Assembly: GCA_050084985.1 (NCBI GenBank)
Contig: JBITNC010000001.1
Span: 45,880,001 to 45,944,000 of the forward strand
Reading direction: 5' to 3'
DNA length: 64,000 bases
Origin: Nageia nagi
Lineage: Eukaryota > Plantae > Pinophyta
Shown here: piece by piece, positions 53,902 to 64,000 of the stretch
Position numbering within the stretch: position 1 is the stretch's first letter
Layout of the letters: each line of letters starts with the position of its first letter
Program-made: the position numbers and the translations under genes
The notes under the pieces: model-generated
Told to the model about the DNA's origin: nothing
Seen by the model: only the letters and a program-made list of their open reading frames with translations
Database searches by the model: none

Positions 53902-56900
53902 TGTAATGTCCCTATTTTTATGGTGTTTTCCCCATTTCATCTTTGATAAATGGGAACATTTGTTTAGGAGTAATTTTATCTAGTTTAGAAAGTTTTGGGT
54001 AATTATTGAAAGTTCCACTTAGAAACATAGTTAAATTATCTAATTATGGAATGGTGGGCCTTTATTTAATTCATTATGTATAGTTGAGTGCCTTAATATG
54101 CCAATAATATTGTAATAATGATACTAAGGTAATTATATTTATAAATGCAATATTAGTCTCCTAGAATGAGGCATTGTATATTTCTAGCCTTAATGAATGT
54201 AATATTTGCATTAGATGGTCCTCTTATCATTAGTTCTCCCCTCTTCGAGGTAGAGAATCCCCCTTTACGACTACAAAAATGATGAGGTATCATAAAGGCT
54301 TTCAAGCTTGGGTGTGGCACATGTAGACATTAATTTAGCATCATGAGGTATTAAAGAGCTCTCCTCCATAGACATTCGGCTTATGTGGACTTCAATACCC
54401 CAAGTTGGGTATCCAAATAACCCAAGATCCCACATCACATCCTAAGAGGCATCCTAGTGCATGGAACTAATTTTTTTATAAGGTTAATTTATATATCAAA
54501 AAGGGATTTTTAGTAAATCCCAAAAACCATATACAAAGAATATAGTTTGAAGATAAATCCCATACAACTATAGACCTTGAAGTTTAGAAGAAGATGATTT
54601 TGAGAAGCATTAAAGGTCCAATTACTTCAATGTTGCATTTTTTAGGCCCTTAATGTGATTTTGTTTATCCCAAGGCTCTCCATCATGTATAAGGAGGAAT
54701 ACTAAATTACATAAGACATGATAAATTTATGATTAAACCCCCTTTTATTAGATTAAGTGTGAGAACTCTTTCTTGCTAGTTATGGAGCAATTTGAATTGG
54801 AGGTCTTAAGGTGATTGAAGGCTATCCTTAAGCTTACTCTAGCCATTCAAAAGAGTAACCTTTATTACTCCTCAAAAGAAGTAAGGAAGCCTTGGGATTG
54901 GCATTACTATTACTATGATTGGTGAGATCCCTAAATCCATCCATAAAAATCCTATTGGAGGAAACCTTGGTGTAAGATCCTTAGGAACCAAAAATATATT
55001 TTAATTGTGGTTCTACCATTATTATCTCAATACAATTACATTTTTTCTATCATTATATTGTTATTATCTCTATCTATTTAGATGTTGGATTTGGAAGTGT
55101 ATTTTGTAGTTAGTTATGTGTAATTGATTCTTAAGAGCCATGTTGGGTTTCTAAAGGTATTTTATGGTTTGAACTTGCATTTCGATCATTAATTGCTAAA
55201 CATTAGAGTAGTTTTGCTTTTTTGGGTTGAATTGGTCAATCTAGACCTTCAAGATAAATGTAACTCTCCTAACACATGCTTGAGCATGATCTACTAATTT
55301 GGGATCATCATCATGATATGAGAGTCTTGATTCTACCATCATGCTATGATCAAGGGCATCATACATGGAGAATTTTAGAGCTAACCTAAAGGAGATACCA
55401 ATTCATTGATTATAGTGATATCATAGTGCTCATAGTGGTATCATTTGTTAAAGATATCTTTCCCTTTTTATTAGGTAAGAGAGGATGATTTGCTAAAGAG
55501 ATCTTGTCATCTTCTAGAAGATCTAGAATGAGTTTCATAGTGGTAGTTTTGAAAAATTAAGGAAATATGAAGCATTCTATTCTTGGAAGATAAATGTTGA
55601 GGTTCTAACGATGAATTTGTTGGATCTAGACATTGGGAGTCAAATATTGGAGGTATAAAGGATATATCTCACCTTTCTAGTAGTTTATTGAACCTATTTT
55701 GACCATAATTTTGAGTTTAGAGGCTTCAAGGAGGAACATTTAACTTGGTGAGTGGTTATTTATGCAATTTTTGATATTTTACATTAATTTTGAGGTTTGT
55801 TTTCTTGGATCTAAGCTCCAATAGGTAAAATGGAGGTCCATATAGGCTTAAGAAGCCTATATTTAAGGTCATTTGGTCATTTTGAGGTTGATGTAGGTAT
55901 ACTAAGGAAAATTTTGAAGTTTGATATTCATTCTAAAGCCATTATGAGGTAGACATTATTTTTTGAGGTTATTTTAAAGAATTTTCTATAATTTAAAACT
56001 TTTCCATATTTATCTTGGGTGATTGTTTGCATTATAGTAGTATCCAATTATAAATATGGAAAAATTTTCATCATGAAATTTGGCTATGAGAGTTTTTGCA
56101 AGGTCATTAGGTCATTCTAACTAAAATTGCTAAGAAATTTTAAGTTTGGAGTCATTGGAAAGAGGATGTTGGGATATAATAAAAGTCAAATTACTAAATT
56201 TGACATATTTTCATAGTGGTATCTACATAATGAAGGCTTAAAGGGAGACATTAGATCATTTTTACAAATTTTTCTAAGATATGGCAATTGAAAGTGAGAA
56301 GTTGGGTGCTTTAAGAAGCTTAATTCATATTGAAACTATAAAAAATTAATTAATTGAGCTTGGAAATATAGGATCTTAGCATATTTACTAAGGTTTGGAG
56401 TTAATTCTACATCATTCTAGGTTTGTGTATGAACCTTGAGCTTGAAGAAGACACATACTCATTAGAGTTAGTTCTTAGGCCCATAAGCCACAAGTTTGAG
56501 AGATTGGTACAAGTATCAATTCATTCCATAATGGAAGGGATTAAAATCTAGGTTTGAGTAATTTTTATTTTCATTTATTATTTTATGAGGAATAAGGAAG
56601 ATTAAAAAAAAGAAAGGAGAAAATATTTAAGAAAAATTAATAAATATTTTTATTTTTCATTCTTAGGAAAATAAAATTCTTTTGATTTAAAATTAGGATT
56701 GATAAGGTGCTATTTTTGGGATTACATATTTTATTGTGCTAAAAATTTGAATTTTGAAGGGAAAGCATGATGTGAATATAAAGAGGCAAAATTAAATTAG
56801 TCTTGAGTCCTATAAAGCCAAATGTTAGATTAGAAGAAGAGTAGACCAATTTTTAGATCCAAAATTTGAACTTAAGGATAGAGATCCAAAAGTTGAACAA

Positions 56901-59684
56901 CAAGAGAAGCCTAAAGAATGTTTGGACACTTTTAGAGAGTTCATTGAGCATCATAGAAGAACTTTATCCCTTGAATATACTTTTTAAGGTTTTGGAGAGA
57001 CCAAATTTGAGCCTAAAGGGATTTGTGGTGTTTTAAGGGATCATTTTTCATCATTTTTTCCATTAGAGATTGATGTCTACATCCTAATACCACAATCTAA
57101 AAATTCTAAAGATAGAATCTAGGTGCAAGGATCCTGTTAAATCATAGGAGTTGAGAGGAGGCATTATGATACAAGTAAATATCTTGAAAATTCATTATAA
57201 CTAGGGAACTATCATGGAATCCTCCACAATGAAAAAAAGAATAAGCTTTTATCTAAAAGATTCTAGGGCATTATCAAGTTTATTATTATAAGGAGCTTTG
57301 GAAACTAGACCATAGATGTGAACAAAAAAATAAGAGTTTGCACATTGAAAAATATTCAATGGTAATAATTTATCAAAAAGGAAAGGTTTACCAAAAGGTG
57401 TGCAAATGTTGGAGAGAAGGAGACAACATAAGCAATCATGTAAATTTTAATGATGATAAAATTACCACAACATTGCACAAATTATTCTAACTCTACTCTA
57501 CTCTTCTGAAGAGATAAGGGCATCACTTAGCTTTTGATATTTCATTAATATAAAAAAGGGAGAAAAAGATTAAGTGTTGGAGGCATCAAGGGTAATCCTT
57601 CATGAGTCTTATAAAGGGAAAGACAAGGAGCAAGAAATAACCCACATTGAGCCATCTCCATCCAAACATAGGAAAATTGGACCATAAAAGACATATACAT
57701 GGATAAAATTTTATGCTTGAAGTAGGTTAAGGAAGAACTATGAACATGCTAAGGAAAATTTGGCTCCCAACATGCATCTAAAATAATGCAAAATCCACAT
57801 TTCTTGGGATTCATTTCAAACATCAGGATATTTGAAGAAGGGAACAACAAACTACCTCACTATATGATGAACATTTTTGGAGCTATAAATTTTGATCCTT
57901 ATGTTTGTTTGCATTGAAATTTAAAAGGTAGTTCTTTGTATGTATTCTACACTAGTCCAATATTTAATTTTCTTGAACCAAAAAAAATATTTTCAAGACC
58001 TAATTCCTCCATCTAGGATCCCAAAATTAGCTTTTAGTTAATGTTTTGGGATTTTTTGAATGTTAGGATTTATTATCTTTATTTGATAATAAGTTACAAT
58101 CTAATATTTTAAAGTAAGGGTAATATAGTAATGGATATGTATGCACCAAATTTGGGTCCAATCTAACACATTTCTAAAATTGATATTTTTAGTAGTTTTT
58201 AGAAAAGATTATTTTTTAGGGTTTCTTTGATTTTTGATTGCTATATGAATGATCATATTATTTTGAAAAAGTAGTATGAATTTAAAAATGGGAAGAATAT
58301 TGATTTGTAGGTTTTTTCCATTATATTGGATCTATATTATGTGATTGTAGTCCAATTTGTTGATCTCTTGTAGCTAATTTCACACCAATTTAGTTCCATT
58401 AGGGTTAAAGGAGAATTCATTGATAAAGAAATAATTTTCATGATTTATAATAGAGACATAAGGAACTTAATTGATAAGGGGTTTTTAGCAAAGAAGAACT
58501 TAACCACCAAGGATGTAGAATAGATATATATGACCAATGCTAATGGATACTACACTATTTGCAACAAAACAATGAGGCTTAGAATCAATATGGGAGACTA
58601 CATAGTTTAGGATGATTTTTATATTTTCCTCAAGATTATTTGCAACAAGTTATTCTTGGGTTTCAATGGATGTATCCTTTGGGATATGTCCAAACAAACT
58701 TCCAAACTCAAGAGGTAAGTTTCACCTTCAAAGGAAACAAGATTATCATCAAAGGAGTAAGGATCAACCATGAGCTATGATTGGCCACAACATAAGGATA
58801 TTTAACCTCTCATGCCCTAAAAGCCTTCAAGAGAGTTATGCCTAACCATATTCATAGTAACAATTTAGTGGAACCCAAAAGGAAGCTAGTTTTTGATTAG
58901 AAGGACTAGCCAGAGTATGAAGAATCCATTCTCTACATCATGCATGGTTTTTAAGATAAAACCAAGGACAAGAAGACTTTGTTGTAGCTATGGATGTTCC
59001 AAATTACTTGAGGATAAGTAATTTGGGAAGGGTGGACTTGTAATATCCCCATTTTTATAGTGTTTTTCCCATTTCACCTATGATAAATGGGAACATTAGC
59101 TTATGAGCAATTTTGTCTATTTTAATAGTTTTTGGCTAATTATTGTAACTTACATGTAGAGACTTAGTTAAATTATTTAGTTATGGAATGATGGGCCTTT
59201 ATTTAGTTCATTATGTATAGTTGAGTGCCTTAATATGCTAATAATGTTGTATAAATGATACCAAGGTAATTATATTTGTAAATGTAATATTAGTCTCCTA
59301 TAATGAGGTGTTGCATATTTCTAGCCTTAATGAATGTAATATTAGCATTAGATGGTCATATTGTCATTAGTTCTCCATGTTTTGAGGTTGAGCATACCCT
59401 TTTATGATTACATAGACTACAAGGCATCAAAAAGGCTTCCAGGCTTGGAAATGGCACATCTAGAGAGGAATTTGGTATTAAGAGGTATGAAAGAGCTCTC
59501 CTCCTTAGACATTGGGCTTATGTGTAGGTATTTTATGGTTCAAAATTATATTTTTATCATTAATTGTTAGATGTTGGATTAGTTTTGTATTTTTGGGTTG
59601 AATTGGCCAAATTTATAGCTTCAAGACAAACATCCCTCTATCAGGGCACATTTGAGCATGATTTGCCAATTTGGGATCATCACA
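53902..59684 (+). mobile_element. Non-autonomous gypsy-like LTR element inserted in the chromovirus LTR
   Basis: LTRs 53902-~55312 and 59039-59684; TSD AAAAT (53897-53901, 59685-59689); decayed iMet PBS TGATATGAGAGTC (55314-55326); PPT GGGAAGGGTGGACT before 59039; protease-region remnant VILGFQWMYPLG..TNFQTQEVSF (~58650-58730). Confidence 0.85.
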
Positions 59685-59834
59685 AAAATGATTATTTTCC
59701 TTACAAAATATGTCGATCCATATTACAAATTGATACATGTTGATAATTTAAATAAATAAATAAGATAAGTAAATGCTAGAATATGGGACCCTAACATGCC
59801 ATCCCTCTTAAAAAAAAATCTTTATCCTTAATGA

Positions 59835-60115
59835 TGTAAATTAGGAAAATGTAGTTGAAGCTGATAAAGTACCTCCCAAGTTGCATTCTTAAGTTTTAAT
59901 CTATACCACTAGATAAGAACTTCAATGATGATGCAATTACTAGGCTATTGAGTGTGGTGATCCAAAATAGCCTCAAGTTCAACTAGTATAGAATCATCTT
60001 TAGTGAATTAAGGTAATTATGTTTGAACCTTTACTTATGAGCCTATGATTTATTTTTAGGTAAGAGAAATGAATTAAGGTGCACTTTTGAGGATTTTGAT
60101 AATTGTAGCTTGTAG
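59835..60115 (-). pseudogene. Integrase C-terminus with chromodomain
   Basis: YKLQLSKSSKVH...ELEAILDH...EVLI*WYRLKLKNATWEVLYQLQLHFP. Confidence 0.85.
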
Positions 60116-63109
60116 TGTTGACCCTAAATTATGTAAAAATCATAATAAATAAAATGATTTACAAAATAAGAAGAGCTAGATATGTACACTATATTAGATA
60201 AAACAAATATACTTGAAAAGCATGCACTTGATATGAAGTGTATGTGCAATCATCAAAAGTAAATGGTAATGTATCTTTAGAGGATTGGGACTGGATTGGA
60301 GGTGAGCTTGCAATAGATCTTTGTATGCTTGGATCAATAGCCTTTAACATCAAAATCTAAAACCATTGATCCTCAATATGTATGTGGTTAACAACATTGT
60401 ATATGAATATTTATGGAATGCATAAAAGATAAAAAATTTTAGAGCTCAGAGTATAAAAATTTCTCATAATAGGTGATATCTAAGGACACTATTTTTGGAT
60501 GAAGATTATGAGAGATAACCACCTATTAGAGATCCTATCATATCAAAGAGTTCTAATCTATGGAGGTCAACCTATTCCACTTGTATATATAGCCTGTAAA
60601 GACATGGAGAGGAGTGAAGGGTGACCCCTAACAATAATATAAAACTTTGTTGTATTCAAGATAAATTGAAATATGAACCATAGCATATGATATTACATTG
60701 GCCCTAGCATATTGTAATATCAAATTTATATTGATATTTATAATATTGCAATAAATCATTTAGGAAGTTTAAATATGATTTATTAAATAATTAATAAATC
60801 ATTTTTAGGCATTTACATTTTGACCCTCTTTGTATGTGAAATGAAAGGCATTGAAATTACGTAATCCAAAGAAGTTTAGATAAGAGAAGAAAATTTTCAA
60901 TAGTAAAGTGGACTTCCCTTTTTTGATCAATATGCTGAGTATGATATATCTTTTGGCCCCTTTTGGTCTTGTATTACCCCTTGCTATAGCTTCTTTCAAG
61001 AATCAAGCCAAAAATTGGAATCCTTATATGAGGAAAGTACCTCTATTTGGTTTCTCCTTTCTTGGATAATACCTACTTGAGAATAATCCAACATAATACT
61101 CACATAGATCATATTTAATGAAAGAATAATCAATTTAAAGAGCAAGGATGAAATAAATGTAGTATCCATTATGTTACTATGGCCATTGAGATACATAGTT
61201 CTATTGAACCGTGATTATCAAGTTGATAAGATCCTTTCATGCTCTAAGCTTGGAATAACCTACAACTTGTGAGAGATTTTGCTCATGGAGTGATCATGTC
61301 CTTAAAAATATTCATTAGCATAACATTGAATTTTTATCCATCATTGAGATGATTCCATTTAAATTTCATAAAAAGTACCTAATATTCAAATATACATTGG
61401 CCTTATCAATTTAGCACATTTTATCTCATTGAACTTATTGATTTTCAAAGTAAAGGTACATTGTTAACTACATTATTTTCATACAATTTCATAACCATAT
61501 CTTTTATAATTTTGTTTAGTATTCCCATTATAGTGGATACTTATGAAATAATGGCATTTTCAATAGATTTTCAAGAATTTGTATATGCATAATTTGCAAT
61601 GAATTTATAAGACACACATTATTAATAGCGTAAAAATTGTAATATTAGGTTTGCAAACTTGAATCACAATTAATTAACAATAAGTAATCACTTTTAGTAT
61701 TATAAAAATCATGAAAGAACATTTCTATATAACACAATTTTTTTTATATAAGCATTATTTTGACCAATTTTTGACCCTATATACCTTTGGTCTCCATATA
61801 AGCCATATAAGCATAATATTAACCATTTTGAACTATTAAAATCATGATAGAATTATTGATATTTGAAAGAACCCATAATATTATGTTAATCACATTGTTA
61901 ACAATATTAAAATGATTAAATTAAACATACAAAAAAAGAGCATATTCAATTGGCACCAAGTAACTACAATTTAGATATTCAACATTCCAAAAATATGTGT
62001 CTATACAAAAATCAAAATTTTGCACATGCCTTTATTTTGACCAACTTTGATAATTTTTAATTTCATATTTTTCATGTAACTTCTATCATATGCACCTATT
62101 TTGAATAATAAAAAATAGAAACATAGTTTAGGACTTGAATCGCTTACCAATTTTCTATAAATAATGTTGTTAACTATGTGTATTTAATATAAACAATCAT
62201 GAAAAATAGAACATAATCAATTTCACTATTAATACATAATGTAAATATTTAATATCACTATATTTACCATTTGTGACCATCATGCATTGAATCATACGAA
62301 AATATCATATTTTGGACACTGTTAACAACTTGGAAATGGCAAAATTAGGTTCTCAAAAAGAAGTTATAGCCAAATAATGTAATTTCATACATTTTTCCCA
62401 TATAACTTACCACTTTACAAGCACTATTATTGATATTTCAGGGGTGATCCATTTAAGCTAGGGATTAGTGCAAAATAGAATAAAAGGGAGTTAATTAATG
62501 GCATTTGTAAGTTCACTCCTATCATTTTCCTATCTAGTGATCGCTATTGAAACTATGACTACTTCCAACTTAGAGTTGATCTCTTCTCACTACCATTGAT
62601 TTCCTAAAATCTCATTACCCTAGTAGTTTGATTTGCTCATTTACTTGTTAAGATGGTAGAATATGGATGATATGTAGTGGAGAGGCCTTTGACTAGGTGT
62701 AAAGGACATATTGTTGATTATCTTCACAGTCTCCTTTTGACCATGCACTAAGTTTTTATTTTCATTTTCTTGTTTCCAAATTTACTATATCATACCACTT
62801 TGAAATCCTAGGGCTTCCTTCTTCCATTTTACCTCTATTTGTCTTATCAAGGTTGTTTAGCATTTTATTTTTGGTGCTCCTTTGATTTTCATAGCCATTT
62901 TTAGTCATTTTAGCTTTTCATGTTCATAGAGCTTTGCAAGGTATAAATTTGAGCTTTTTTATTTGATAAAATCTTATTTTTTTCATCTCATTCATGCTGT
63001 TAGGAAACTTTTACTTGTTTTTTGTTTACTTTCACCTTTAGTACAATTATAGCTTGCTTCTCAAACTACTAATATGAATTAATTTTTTTAATTTTCAAGA
63101 GTGCAAGGT

Positions 63110-63539
63110 AGCCATGAAGGGTGGAGCCATGTCTACTGCATCATGGAGAAAGCCAGGGAGTGGCCTAGATTAGTTGAGGAGGATGATATCCTCATGAGGT
63201 TAGGATTATATGATCTTACTATTGTTGGTCATGTCCAAGTGACCTCCCTATTCTCATAGCATTAGTTGAGCATTGAGAACACCTTTCACTTGCCCTCAGG
63301 TGAAATGATTTTTACTCGACTTGATGTATACTAGATATGGGATGTGACTATCCATGGGTAGCTGGTTCAATTGGCCAAAGTGTTAATAATAAAGCAAGAT
63401 AGAGATATGAAGGATGGCTCATAAAGAGGAAGATCATGACCAGAAGCATAGGTTCTCCCACTTGCATGAAGCATGTAAGAATGTAGATCCTTTCATACAC
63501 TTGAGACTTCTTGTTACCTCAATTATTGCTATTATAATT
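63110..63539 (+). pseudogene. Second Plant Mobile Domain remnant
   Basis: DLPILIALVE..ENTFHLPSGEMIFTRLDVY*IWDVTIHG matches PMD ALVERW..ET.TFHLP.GEMT.TL.DV..ILG.P..G. Confidence 0.85.
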
Positions 63540-64000
63540 TGTAATGTAATATTGTGTAATATTTCTCTTTATGTAAATTCACTTAATAATTAAATTATCT
63601 TTAAATACCTTAAAGCATTAAGAGAATAAAAATAAGAAAGGAAAAAGGGAATTAAATATAGAAATATATTTAACTTTACCCTTGGGTTAGAAATAGGTTA
63701 AAGAGTGAGTTTCTTCTTATAAATAGAGAGGTACCCCCTCTATCATATTGTACAACTTAGAAGAAAGCTTTACTACAGGTTTAGGGTTTGGAGAGAGAGG
63801 AGAGATTCCATAAGAGAGGTCCTTGAGAATAAAAAGATCTTAGTTAGTGGATGTACTCCCAAAAAAGGAGGAACCTACTTTAAATCTTATGTTCATTGTG
63901 AGATTAGTTTGTGTTATTATGCTATTGTGTTGATGTTGTGAGTGTCTTCTTGAGATCTTGGTAGATTAGAAGTTAATTTAGAAAAGTGGTATCAGAGCCA
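63540..64000 (+). mobile_element. 5' LTR and tRNA-iMet PBS of another LTR retrotransposon continuing beyond the window
   Basis: Starts TGTAAT (63540, approximate); TATAAAT at ~63718; perfect PBS TGGTATCAGAGCCA at 63987-64000. Confidence 0.8.

Larger units (their letters stand above)
53642..60115 (-). mobile_element. 3' end of a chromovirus (Ty3/gypsy): integrase C-terminus/chromodomain, PPT and interrupted 3' LTR
   Basis: LTR termini TGTTAGG (53642) and CCTAACA (59796) are perfect inverted repeats; PPT at 59797-59820; chromodomain upstream on the minus strand. Confidence 0.75.

Noticed and set aside
60116-62400. Possible LTR (60116-~60633) and hAT-like remnant (60800-61450, minus strand)
   Set aside because: An insertion clearly interrupts the chromovirus integrase at ~60116, but no partner LTR, TSD or convincing protein motif was found.

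Overview
AT-rich eukaryotic, repeat-saturated plant DNA with strong CG/CHG depletion; the large nested elements suggest a big genome such as a conifer (inference). It contains no intact host gene, and almost all of it resolves into nested transposable elements. (1) A pol-less Athila-like LTR element (<1-20397) is interrupted by a 13.3-kb cut-and-paste DNA transposon (3719-17035). That transposon has CATG-initiated terminal inverted repeats, an 8-bp target-site duplication, an intron-containing decayed P-element-like (DDE, DxxH) transposase, and a captured LSD1 zinc-finger exon. This 'Pack-P'-like element is the main discovery. (2) A Tat/Ogre-type Ty3/gypsy element (~23.5-53.4 kb) has an extra RNase H and an antisense Plant Mobile Domain ORF. 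Its integrase is split by an old Ty1/copia element (29478-44469, TSD AATAG), which is itself split by a young Sirevirus-like copia (31438-40149, TSD TCAAG). (3) A chromovirus 3' end has its LTR split by a non-autonomous gypsy-like element (53902-59684, TSD AAAAT). A second PMD remnant and a further LTR/PBS lie at the right edge. All coding regions are pseudogenised. All alignments and translations were done by eye.
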